From the NCBI GenBank assembly GCA_951406725.2, contig OX597831.1, forward strand, positions 7,006,001-7,070,000: 64,000 bases of DNA, read 5' to 3'. Below are positions 48,206 to 61,239 of this stretch, piece by piece; position 1 is the stretch's first letter; every line of letters starts with the position of its first letter. This DNA is from Octopus vulgaris. Taxonomy: Eukaryota. The translations under genes and the position numbers were made by a program. Below the pieces are notes generated by a model. It saw nothing but the letters and a program-made list of their open reading frames with translations. It had not been told where the DNA came from and made no database searches.

Positions 48206-51019
48206 CTGTAAATCATGTGATAGCAAAACCCATCTTTATATTTAGAGAGAAGCACAAACGAATAAGTCAAATTAACAGGATATTTGCTGGTTGTCTCTAC
48301 AGAAAATGTTCACTGGTACATTTCTACCAATTCATGACCAACTTCAAACTATCAACTCGTGTGTGTGTGTCAGTGTGAGTGTGTGTGTGTGTGTCTGTGC
48401 ATGTGCACATATTTGTGCATGTGTGTATGTAAAACTCTTCCACAATTTTTCATGCAAAAGCCATATATTCTGAAGTCTTAGGCAGCATCAAGACATTTTA
48501 AAAGAGAAAACTAATTCATTCTGAAAAAAATTAATAATTTTATAATTAGTAAAATCTCTTCCTACAGACTCCACCATCCATAACTGATTCTGTCATCTGT
48601 GACACAAGCCAGATGAAAGCCATTCAAGTTATCAATAAACCTTCCCTTAATCATCATCCTTCACCAATCTCCAGTTCATCAGTTACGACCTCCTTCCTCT
48701 CCCTTCACTTCTATTGTTGCTGTTTCAGTTTCTACCCTGAAACTGTTGCTTTCACACCAACATCACTGAAAACAGTTTCCTTCACAACTTGTCAAAGTAT
48801 TGTGGCACACAATATTCCTCTGGAATTCTTATACCTCTTTCTCCTCTCAACCTTACCAAAACACATCAACCTCATGCAATCGTACAACATGGTTCCAGGT
48901 TTAGGTGAATTTGGTTCTTTCAAGAAAGAGTTTCACAAAGCATTTACAAATTTTAATACAGTTTACACAAACTGACAACACCTCCAAAAGATATTCTGAT
49001 ATAGCTTTCATTCAAAGAGATACCAAAATATTTCATTAACAGAAACTCTCTTTTCTCTTTTACTTGTTTCAGTCATTTGAACTGTGGCCATGCTGGAGCA
49101 CCGCCTTTAATCGAGCAACTCGACCCCGGGACTTATTCTTTTTGTAAGCCCAGTACTTATTCTATCGGTCTCTTTTGCCGAACCGTAGTAATATTTCTTT
49201 TTTTTTTTTTTTCTCCTTTTTGGACAAAATGGTACAGCTTTAAATGTCAAGCTTCAAAATTTCCACTCCTCCCTGTAACATTTCAAGAAGCATATTGCTC
49301 TCCCGGTTTTAGTTCTTCATAGATTAACTGCTTGGAAATTTTGGAGTCTATGAAGTGACTCTTCCAGCTCATAGGATATGTTTTGAAGATCATACATTCA
49401 AAACCAAAGACTTTTATTCATTCAATGGCTTTCAGTGTCAAAAATTAAAGTTTCCTATTTCACTCTTAGCAGCATTAATGGAGGCATAGTCATCCTGAGT
49501 GTTTATGGTGTGTGTGTGTATGTGTGTGCATGTGCATGTATGTATTTCTTTACTACCCACAAGGGGCTAAACACAGAGGGGACAAACAAGGACAGACAAA
49601 CTGATTAAGTCGATTACATCGACCCCAGTGTGTAACTGGTACTTAATTTATCGACCCCGAAAGGATGAAAGGCAAAGTCGACCTCTGCGGAATTTGAACT
49701 CAGAACGTAACGGCAGACAAAATACAGCTACGCATTTCGCCTGGCGTGCTAACGTTTCTGCCAGCTCGCTGCCTTAACGTGCATGTATGTATTCACGTAT
49801 GTGTGTGTGTGCATGTATGTATTGCGTATGTATGTGTGCATATATGTATGTATTCATGTGTATGTGTGTGGATATATATATATATATATATATACACTCA
49901 CGGAGTGGTTGGCGTTAGGAAGGGCATCCAGCTGTAGAAACACTGCCAGATCTGACTGGCCTGGTGCAGCCTTCGGGCTCCCCAGACCCCAGTTGAACCG
50001 TCCAACCCATGCTAGCATGGAAAGCGGACGTTAAATGATGATGATGATGATGATAGTGTGCAGTTTGCTTGTTGGTAGAATCAGCAAGAAGTACTCAATC
50101 CAGTAAGAGGTACATATCATTTAATGAATACAAAGTTATATATGAACCAATTAACATTTCATGTTTAAATAGTGCAGTAATTGGATGGGTTTTTATTGCA
50201 TACCATGCACAGTCCAGCAATTGTTCAGGGTCAAATGACGTGGCTACTCCAAGAGGAAATGCAAAACAAACTGAGTTTAAATAACAAGCAAAACTCTACA
50301 CAGTCAAGGTGGGGATAGTAGAGAGAATTAGGCCATATATTAATGAGTCATAAAGGTGCAGGCTCAGTATAGCTGAAAGAACACACATCCTTATTAGATT
50401 GAAGATCTGCCCCGACTTTATAAAATTTTTACAAAATGTATGCATCTTGATAAGTTTCTGTTACTGAACTGGAAGACACTCTCACCCCTCACCAGATTAG
50501 ACATACTAATTAAAACACTTTAGCCTTTCCTTTTTTTGATTACCTCCACTAGCCATAGTTTTTTTTTTTTTATGTAAACAGTCAACATTAACAATACTTT
50601 TCAATTAATGGATTAAAGAAACATAGTCTTTATCCTGCTTCCCTTAACGTTTCATCCTGTTTTTTCTAGCAGTTTTTTTCCTTTCATTTCCTCGTGGAGA
50701 AGGCAAGTCAGTTGGCCTAAACAATTGCAGACTGTGCATGGTACTCTATACAAAGCTGACCAATTACTGCACTGTCCAAGCACGAAACTTGATGAAGCTC
50801 ATATAATTCATCTATTCATAAAATTTTCAACATGTAACCATGTGTGTATCGTTGGCATATTTTCTCCGTCTTCCCTTTTTTGAACTTTCTCTATTTCTGA
50901 AGAAGAGCTTTGCTCGAAATGTAAAATCCTCTTTCTTTCCTTTCCTGAGCGTCTGATAACACAATACTTGTACCACATCTTCATGTTGTTTTTTCTTGTT
51001 TGTTCTTCTTTGTTTGGAT

Positions 51020-51065
<46 letters not shown>

Positions 51066-51327
51066 CTGGCACCTGTGCCGGTGGTATGTGTAAAAAGATT
51101 TGAGCGAGGTCATTGCCAGTACCGCCTGACTGGCCCCCATGCTGGTGGCACGTAAAAAGCACCCACTACACTCTCAGAGTGGTTGGCATTAGGAAGCGCA
51201 TCAAGCTGTAGAAACTCTGCCAGATCAAGATTGGAGCCTGGTGCAGCCATCTGGTTTGCCAGCCCTCAGTCAAAATCGTCCAACACATGCTAGCATGGAA
51301 AGTGGACGTTAAACGATGATGATGATA

Positions 51328-51359
<32 letters not shown>

Positions 51360-51747
51360 ACCGACGACCATCAGATGTTGCTACACATCACTGGTCACAA
51401 TGCGTTCGCATTGTTTTAGCCTTCGAATGACGCCACCCCGCTGGCTAAGCGAGCAGGCCAACAGAAGAAAGAGTGAGAGGAGGAGTGGTGAAAGAGTACA
51501 GCAAGGATCACCACCCCCTGCCGGAGCCTCGTGGAGCTTTTTAGGTGTTTTCGCTCAATAAACACACACAACACCCGGTCTGGGAATCGAAACCACGATC
51601 CTACGACTGAGAGTCCGCTGCCCTAACCACTGGGCCATTGCGCCTCCACTATAATCGACCTCGACGGAATTTGAACTCACAACGTAACGGCAGACGAAAT
51701 ACGGCTACACATTTCGCCCAGCGTGCTAACGTTTCTGCCAGCTCGCC

Positions 51748-51785
<38 letters not shown>

Positions 51786-52487
51786 CATGTTTGCACACAC
51801 ATGAATATCAGACACCATTAGAGAAAGAATTGTTTGCTTTTCTTGACACTATTAGAGAAAGAGTAAGGAGGTTGTATTGAATGTTACGCTGCTTTAGGCA
51901 CCTTGAAATAGCTGAAATCTCATTGGTTGCCTTGTGACAACAGATATTGATGAAGAGTTGACAAATGAGACTAGATGTCATCTCAAGGAGAATTCTCTTG
52001 TGTTGCTGAATCTGATATAACGAGGAAAGTGTCAACCAGAAACCATGGCTGTCACTCACAAGTGAATATGACTTGGCAACGTGCACCATACTTTCCTTAA
52101 TTGCTTTAGATGCCTCTATAGTCGTGGACAGGTTCCTCTCCCTCCCCGCATCGCCCAACAGAATATCCACAATGTGACACCTGGAAGGAGAGAGGCAGGT
52201 GTTGGAAGTCAGCCGGTAATTAACAGCAGCCGAGTAGAATTAAGTGTGTTGCTTTATGGAACAATGTGCTGCTTGGTCTAGGAATGAAAGCCACAACATC
52301 ATGAGCCCAACACACTAATCACTTGGCCATACAGCATATAATGAGTTAAATAGTGAGGACCAGATACACACACACACACAAACAAACACACATATTGAGA
52401 AAATATGAAAATTGACATTTATTAAAAATTAAAATATTTAAGAAACTATTTTTATGTTAGGAACCCTGAATATAGAAGAATTCTTAC

Positions 52488-52683
52488 CAGGTCGGGTTTC
52501 TTCATCATTTATTGCAATACTGTTTTCATTCGCATGATGGGACATAGTATTTTCATGTGATGAAACTGTTTGAGGGTTATTCTTCACTTTGGCATTATCC
52601 TCCATGGCAGTTGATAAGTCGGAGGCAATAAAGACGTCTTCATTGTGCCAATTGTTTTCAGAGTTTTGAAAAGGTTTCATATC
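52488..52683 (-). CDS. BNIP2/caytaxin-like gene exon (DMKPFQNSENNWHNED...DEETRP)
   Basis: Polypyrimidine tract + taaacag| acceptor, CCTG|gtaaga donor. Ends in phase 1, matching exon 48205. Confidence 0.75.
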
Positions 52684-54479
52684 CTGTTTAAATAAGAAGG
52701 GGAGAAAAAAACAAAATGAAAATATCAACAACACAAACACCAATCAACTGGTTCCGGTAAAACTGAAAGAACTGTCAGTACAATAGAACTCTTGGAAAAT
52801 TTTAAAAAATTTCTTCAAGTTTGGTTTCAAAAATTTGTATGGAAGACTGGTGAACTAATTAAGGAAGCTAATGATAGAACAGCTCTTCTTATGTTGTGGT
52901 TTCATACCAGGGATTAAGTTGTTGTAAGGATTAACATAATTTAGTAATGCTGACAAAATGAAAAATGTTAAAGATTGGGTATTAACAGGAGAAATCGATG
53001 TAAAAAATGTTAAGAGGCATTAAAAAAGGTGATTACAAGAGATGGAGATGCTGGTGATGTCAACATACTGATGATATCAGTGGCAAGTTGCATGCACCAA
53101 ACACACTGTGATGGTTTTCAAAGAACCTTTCAGAAAATACATATTAAACTCCCCAAACGAAGGAGGACTGTAGCCTTTTAATGAAGACTTGAATGCTTAC
53201 AGCTCTTTCTGCTGCACCATTAGAGTTTCAACTGGAAATAGATCTTTCAATTTGTTTTTTTTCCCCTTTTTTGGCAATCAAATCAGTTTAGAATGGTTCA
53301 ACACATTTATAACCAAATTAGTTTAAGCAGATCTTAAAATCCAGTCTGTTGAGTGATGTAACTGTCACTGGGACATCAAATCTAAAACAATGGAAAATTT
53401 TCTTATATTTTCCAAGCTTCTACTGGAATATAAAAATGTTTTAATCTAAATAATGGCACATTACCATCCAATATCTAATCTTTCCTAGGACTGTGAGCCA
53501 GGATACTTAGTATTACAAAAGGTGCCCTTAAATCCAATTTTAGCATCAAATTCTTCAATATCCAAATCAAAGTAGGGTCACCAAGGCAGACCCTTATTTT
53601 CTTCAGTACTTATGGTATAATTAGACGGGCATGAGAAATTGTGGAAAGAACCGTTGCATGATGAATGGTAAATAATTTATTTTTTGTTAAAGATGAACTC
53701 ATTGTCTGTAGTCAATTCAGAAGAACGTCTTGCAAATTGTTCTAAATAAGTTAATCTCAACCAATCCTTTCCAACAATGTAATTGAAGGGTATGTATGTT
53801 TAAAGGGGTATCTGTGTCAAAAGGGGTATCTGTGTTAAAATGATTTCTAATGTCATCAACTGTACAAAAATTAATCCTTTTATTACTTATGTCAGAACGT
53901 TAAGAATTCTGTACCAAACTTATATGAGTTCTACTTTAGAAAAAGCATCAACATTACAGATGGTTTTACCAGGCATGTGTTTGATTTTGAAATCACACTG
54001 TGATAATATAAAGGCCTACTTGCAAATAAAGAAATCTTTGCAAAAATGAACACCAACAAATGGTCAGGCTATAGGTCAGGCCTGGTCAACTCAAATTACA
54101 TTGTGGGCCACTTTAATCACAGGAAGTTTTTTGAGGACTGTTTGTATACTTTAGGAACTAACAGCCAAATAATCAAATTACAGAATCAGGAATTTTTCAT
54201 CATCATCATCATCGTTTAACGTCCGTTTTCCGTGCTAGCACAGGTTGGACAATTCAACCGGGGTCTGGGAAGCCAGGAGGCTGCATCAGGCTCCAGTCTG
54301 ATCTGGCGGAGTTTCTACAGCTGGATGCCCTTCCTAACACCAACCACTCCGTAAGTGTAGTGGGTGCTTTTTACGAATATGGTGGGTGATTTTACATAGG
54401 TGTATATGCTGAGTGGATACACTTATTAGTAATAGAATATTTCCAGGTCCATCTCAATGATGTCCTTGGATGCCTCATC

Positions 54480-55400
54480 AGGGATGTTTCTAGGATCTCC
54501 AGTAAGGATTTCAGGTCTTTCAACTTCAGACCACTTCCCCACCCCTCCCCATCCACTTGACCCAACCAGGGTTCCAATAGCAGCAGACCCTCACCCTACT
54601 CTATCCAAAGCCACCTAGTGACCTTCTCTACAGATTCAGAAAACAGCATTTATTGCTCTCCTCTTTGCTGCACTACTAATTCCAAGCCCAATCAGAATGA
54701 ATGCCCCCACAAAACCTCAGCAGCCCCCTTCAATAGCCTCAACAACATTCCTGTCAGTCCTGGTTTCTGCATTGCTCTACCAGTTCCTTGTATTTGACTT
54801 CCTCTCGTGAGCCTCCTCCATGTGTTCCTGTCAGGACACAGGCATTCCCCACATGATCACTTGTTAGGTGCAGTTTGAGAAGATCACTATGTCTGGGCAG
54901 AGTGTTGTTTGTGTGAGGTGATTTGGGAACTTTAACTGTTTGACAAGATCCACTTTCTGCTGCCAGACTGGGGTTGTGAAAAGTAGACAAGATGGTTGTT
55001 GAAGTTTCAACAAACTGGACTTCTTGTTGATGCTGGAAAAAAGGATACCACTTTCCTGGGGTGGTACTGGATTGAATGGCTGTTGATATCACCTCTGCAT
55101 CTCCCTTGAGTACTTGGTCAGTGGTAACAGCCACCAGCTAAGGCTCTGGGGCAGCTGTTGAGATATTAAAGGGGCCTTCTTTCAGTAAACAAAGGAAAGG
55201 CGGGGGCATTTTTATGGCCTCATTTGTGAAGCTTTGTCAGACTTGGCAAAGAGTCATAGACAGCCTGGATCCTAAACCTGATATGCTGGATATCAGCTCA
55301 CCAGAAATCCAGTCAGGTAAAGTTCTGCAGCTGTATATTGGCCGACCCTGTCCATGCTCTTTGCTGGTTGAATCCCACCATTCTACTATGCCTAGGTGGA
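54480..55400 (-). mobile_element. Decayed RLE-type (Hero/NeSL-like) non-LTR retrotransposon 3' part
   Basis: Frame-shifted minus-strand pieces IRFRIQAVYDSLPS, NSCPRALAGG.Y..DQVLK, TLCPDIVIFS...QVIM...EHMEEAHERK and KYKELVEQCR (zinc knuckle plus PD-(D/E)xK endonuclease region). Confidence 0.7.
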
Positions 55401-57650
55401 CTTTGTGCAGAAGATAAAAAATAGTATTATATTAGTTGTCATAGGTTGAATTGGTACTAATTGATTTTACTGAGGTTCAAACCCTTTGCAGTTTTTAGAT
55501 ATTAAAGAGACATGGGAGTTTCTGTCCACTAAATGCATGTTTAATCTCAGTTAATCAAAGATTTCCAACTCACTATCTTACATCTATGAGACCCTAACAC
55601 ATTTATAAACAACGATACTCTCTCTCTCACTCACACACACACACATCTCTGAACAACTCTTGACCCAAGACAAAGCACAAGGACATCCCATACAAGTGTA
55701 CAGGTCATATATATTAGACAGAGCAATTGATGCACATTAATATTCTAGATATTACACGGAAAACAATTACTGACTGACAAAGCTTCACTCATTAACAGAT
55801 CAAGTCTTTCTCTTTTACCATTATAACAACAGTTCTAGTTCCTTTGTGTTGATGTCTGTTTATCGCTCCACACCTCGCCCCCCACTAAACCAAACCAATT
55901 TATTAATTTATTCTCCTCTCATTATCTACATGGTGCCTCACCTCCCCCACCCACTCAAACCATGCACCGGAATACATCCCCTAAATATTTAGCTTCAATA
56001 TTTTGATGCTGTGTTTTCCCCATGGGCACATCTACATGCCTAGACTTCATTTGTCTGTAAAACCCTAAAAAACAGTCATGAGTTCCCTCTATCTCAGTCA
56101 GACTATATATATTCAGCTATGAAAAAAGACAAAAAAAAAAAAAAGAGAGCAAGTCTTGTCTGAAGGTTCAGATAAGAGTTTAATCCTAATTTTTGAAGCA
56201 TTAAGCAGCAGAGTGCAAAACTCTACCTTGGATGGAGGATGAGCAATGTGACATGAGGTACCTTGCTCAAGGACACAATGAACTATCCAATATGAGAATG
56301 AAAACCAACAACACGATAACTGTGAGCTGAAAACATTAACCCCGAGTTGTTATGCGTTCACAAACACCCCTCACCTTCATGTTAACATTCCTTCACAAAC
56401 ATCCCTCACCTATGCAATGAGTACAATCATTGCAGAATTTCATTTTAATCTACAATGTAGGAATGTAATAATTTACACCCCTTGTGATGAAATCATTTTG
56501 GTCACTCAACCAAATCTTACTCAAAGCACACCTTAATGTCTTAAAAAGCTGGAATGGTCATGGCTGGAATGCTTTAAGTCCTATGTCTGCTAGATCAACT
56601 CTAACTTGGGCCCACAATAACAACAACAAGCAATACTCTAAGCCAACTCATTGATGACCCTATTTCCAATAAACACAGAAATCAATGCTCTTTACAACAG
56701 GTCCCAAACTTCTCTCCCTTCTTCTCATAAACCATTAAATCCACTTTTATCTGAAGTGAAAATCACCATCAAAACATTATAAATGTACACAAACAGATCG
56801 AAGATTAAACTGGATGTAATCTGGTCAGTTTGCCCCCCCCCCCACCAACCTTATACTAACAATATCTGCAATACTACAAGATAGAGTGAAACACTATTGA
56901 TCCCCAACTGTTTGATCAACGTTAGACTAATTAAAGGTCTGTTAAAACACAGAGGTGATTACAGATATTCAGTTAAACAAGAGAACCTGTGGGGAAATTG
57001 TCTTTCATTTGCAATCATTTATCTGCTTGCAACAACAAACAAAGGCAAAATCAGTCATAATGTCCTTTTTTCTCCCTCCTTATTTACAAAAGGGTCAAAA
57101 TGTAATCAAAATGATTACCGTTTATTATAGAAACTGAAAAATAATTCTTCTTAGAACTGAATTCACAAACTAATTCAGTTTATTGAGGAGTTTAGAACAA
57201 AAAAAAAAAATGAATTGGAGACTAGTTTAATTAGATAGATCTTAATTAAATAGAATTTGGAAAGAAGATAAATATTGAAAGTAAGCATTTGTTAGTTGTG
57301 AAGTTGTAATAATGTTGTGTCAGATTTATTCATTAAGGAGCGTCCACAACTGATAATCAGATAGAATTACAAGAATTTGAGAAGACCAGTGACCTGCATT
57401 GATAATTAGCATGTTCAGTTGAGATAATAGAGTCACTTAATATTGATTTCTGACAAACATATAAGGGGCCACATCTTGTGATAGTGGAGGGAGAGGGGGA
57501 GGTAGAGATTGATAATATTGACTTGGAGATGGTCCTCAAGTAATTGGTATTTATTTTATTGACCCCTGGTGGTGTCAGAACATGAACAGGTATAAAGACA
57601 TTCAGTCTTGCTGATAGCATTTATTTTAAACCAGTAACATTTTATCAACC

Positions 57651-57707
<57 letters not shown>
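57651..57707. repeat. (AAT)n microsatellite. Many others occur, e.g. (TA)n at 20015-20076, 47499-47532 and 47820-47855, (GA)n at 33989-34018, (CT)n at 60123-60155
   Basis: Directly visible. Confidence 0.95.
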
Positions 57708-59470
57708 TCTTTTTACTAAATCCTGAAATTTTAGAGGAATGGGGCTAGTTGGTTACATCACCCCCACTGCTCAATTGGTACTTTATTTTATCAACCCCAA
57801 AGGATCAAAAACAAAGTCTGCTTTGCTGGAATTTGAACTCAGAATGTAAGCTACAAGAAATGCTGCTAAGCATTTTGCTTTCTGGGTTAACAATTCTGTC
57901 AGCTCATCACCTTGATGATGATGATTATGATTGTTTCTAACGCAGGAACAAAGTCAGAAATAATAGCAATCATCATCATCACCATCATTTTGAAGACTTA
58001 TTCACTGTTCCCTTCCTGTGCATATTCTATGTTCTGTTCATGCAGTTTTGGTTACTTTTTCTGTTGAGTTGTGATGCACCTGAGCACTGGATACACTAAA
58101 TTCATTGGCACGTAAAAAGCACCAACCGATCGTGGCCATTTTCCAGCCTCCCCTGGCACCTGTGCCGGTGGCATGTAAAAAGCACCCACTACACTCACGG
58201 AGTGGTTGGCATTAGGAAGGGCATCCAGCTGTAGAAACACTGCCAGATCAGACTGGAGCCTGGTGCAGCCTCCTGGCTTCCCAGACCCCGGTCGAACCGC
58301 CCAACCCATGCTAGCATGGAAAGCAGACGTTAAACGATGATGATGATGATAATAATAATCATAATAATAATGATGATGATGATGATGATAATCACTGCCA
58401 CCATCGTTTTAATGACTATCTTTTGATGCTACCAGGGAAACTAGACAGGTTTGTCCTGCATTTCCAACCATCATAACTCTTCTTCCTCTGAATAAATTAA
58501 AAGAAGAAATCATTTTGTTTAATTATATCCCACCTAATTGTCAGGTCTGTTCTTACAACCTTTTCCCCAGTTCCTTTAATAACGAAGGACTGTTCTGTTA
58601 AATGACCGTTTAAGGAGAAATTTCTTTAATTGACAAAACGACGTATACCAACGAGTTATAAACATAAAATAAATATGGCTTTTTTTAAATTTTTGTTAAT
58701 AACGGAAATGGTTGTTGTTGCTGTTGTTGCAGCATAGCTATGATCTAGCAGACATTCCAGTCATGACCATCACATCCTTTTATCCTGACAGTGTATGCAT
58801 ATCTAGGACAATATGATATGCATTTTCCTTTCTTTAAGACACTGGGGTATGTTTTTGCAGGCGATTTGGCTGCTATTTCTAGCAGGTACAATGATCACGA
58901 AAAGATGCTCTCATTGGCTGGTAATGGAAATGGTTGTTTTCTTGTGTGAATAGTTTATACTTGTGTTTAATTAAATGTACCGTTGCCAAATAACTGGCGT
59001 TGGTCTCTAGGTTTTGACTGAAAATGATGCCAATGGAAGACCACAAATGCATCGAATATAGTTTAATATTGTGTGGGGGGAGGAATTGATGTTAATTATG
59101 ATTGCCTTCTTAATGAAATGAAATATCATTAATTACTAATCAAACAAAGTATAACTAATATTGGTTTCAAATTTTGGCTCAAGGCCAGCAATTCTGAAGG
59201 AGGGGGGTAAGTCAATATCATCAACCCCAGTGTACGACTGGTGCCTATTTTATTGACCCTGAAAGGATGAACGGCTAAGTCAACCTCGGCAGAATTTGAA
59301 GATGGATGAAATGCTAATGAGAAGCATTATTGTCCAGCATAGAAATGATTCTGCTAGCTCATCACCCAAGAAAATATTATTTATATTAAGAATGGGAAAT
59401 TGTGGGAAAGGTGCCCTATGTTTATTTAGGAATCAAAGAAAGATTTCTTTAAAGGTCTTTTTTCTATTAC

Positions 59471-59518
59471 CATAAATAGTTTTTATTATTTTAAGCAATA
59501 AAATATTGATATATTTAC
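59471..59518 (-). CDS. Putative 48-nt exon of the BCH-domain gene, 5'UTR ending in the ATG (59473-59471)
   Basis: Minus strand reads gtattttctttgctttcag|GTAAAT...TATTTATG|gtaata. ATG joins in phase 0 to GAT ATG AAA of exon 52683. Confidence 0.45.
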
Positions 59519-60117
59519 CTGAAAGCAAAGAAAATACAATATTTACATAAAATAAAACATTTTAAAATGATCAGCAATTTTCTCTGATCAATTTAATAAC
59601 ATTTGTCCATTTACAAGGACAGCTGTCATTTTCAAATAAATAAATAAATAAGGGGACACACACACACACACACGAATTAGCTGTATAAAATTAAAAAAAA
59701 AAGGTAATATATTTATTTCCTAAAGCTGGTGAGAGACTTAATAAAATGAAACGAGAACATAACATTAAATGTGTATATATTTGTGTGTGTGTTTGAGTGA
59801 GTGTATGTAAGTGCATACATATGTGTGTGTGTAGATAGACAGAAATATTGTTATGATACCATGGCAACCATTGTCTTTTTTTTACCCAAAAGGGTTTTCC
59901 AGCCCAATATTTACATTCTTTTATTTATAGCTTTATATGTACTTAGAGAACCAATTCCAAAAATTATATGTATATATACATACACACACATGCATATATA
60001 CATACATGTACATATACACACAGATATTGTAATAGATTGAAAGCTTTAAAAAATAATTCTTTTAAATCATTCCACCAGTTTGTAGTGGAGAGAAATATGG
60101 CCACACTCACACACAGC

Positions 60118-60157
<40 letters not shown>

Positions 60158-60598
60158 ATATACTTTATATGGTTGTATATTAAAATTCAAAGAGGCCAAC
60201 AGTTTTGCTTGAAAACACATTTTCACACTTACGCTAAAATATGATTATCAATTCCAGTTTTTGCAGAATATTTTCCCCCTCTCTAATGCATTAACTGTGG
60301 ATTTTCAGTTACAAAAGCAGTTTGATTTTGATCCTAAAAGCTGTTAGATAGGAAGGTATAAATGTTTAATGAGAAGTTTGTCCACAATACGGTTTATAGT
60401 ATTATAACGAAGGGTAAAACAAAAAAGCAAGTGTTTGTAGTTTTGTGAAACATTGAAGCCATGCTGTTGACATTTTAGCTTTGGCCATTGTTTTTAACAA
60501 ATGTAATTGTTTTATATTTAAAACAGAATGAGTTGTACCTAAATGAAAAATATCAAAAACAATGGGCTCATAATGGGAAATGTGTCAAATATATATTA

Positions 60599-60979
60599 CT
60601 AGCAGTATCGCCCGGCGTTGCTCGGGCTTGTAAGGGAAATAACTATATAAGCATTTTTAGAGAGTTATAGCCAAAAACTGGCAAAAAAATGCATTAAAAA
60701 TGGAAAAAAAATGATGGTAAATTTTTTTTTAAATCGTTGACTCATCGTAGACATTTTTATATAATAGCGAAAAAATGCATTAAAATGGAAAAAAAATTAT
60801 GGTAAATTTTTTTAAAATCATAGACTCATCGTAGACGCGCGCTAATACCCAGAAGGGCTAGATATGAATCACGACTATAAGATACCCGGTTTTGGTTAAA
60901 CTGCACCGCAAAATGTGGGAGTAGTTAGGAATCTAAATCGTAGGAGACAGACACACAACCTCTCTTTTATATATAAAGA
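60599..60979 (-). mobile_element. Non-autonomous Helitron, family 1
   Basis: Reverse complement of 27-417, with hairpin cccgagcaacgccggg and CTAG terminus. Confidence 0.8.
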
Positions 60980-61198
60980 TGTATGGTGTTTTAAAATACT
61001 CAATAATCAGAGCCACTTCTGAACAAAGCTCATTAAGCATTTCCAACATATATCTTGCATTATGTCTAACATCAAATTTTTTAAAATTTCCATTAAACCA
61101 AAGACAAATATTTTGCAAAAATGTAACATTTTATGTATTTATGACTTATTATTAGCAAAAAAAAAAAACTACTCTTCGTCCCCTTGCATCATAGTTTA

Positions 61199-61239
<41 letters not shown>

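Noticed and set aside
48613-48975. 120-aa + strand ORF, and the many other 60-140 aa ORFs in the track
   Set aside because: No splice-consistent context or recognisable domain. Most overlap SINEs, microsatellites or the antisense of real exons.
54470-54540. CTGA..GAAA and CTGATGAG motifs in the 3' end of the Hero-like element
   Set aside because: Stems I-III could not be assembled around the boxes, so it is not called a ribozyme.
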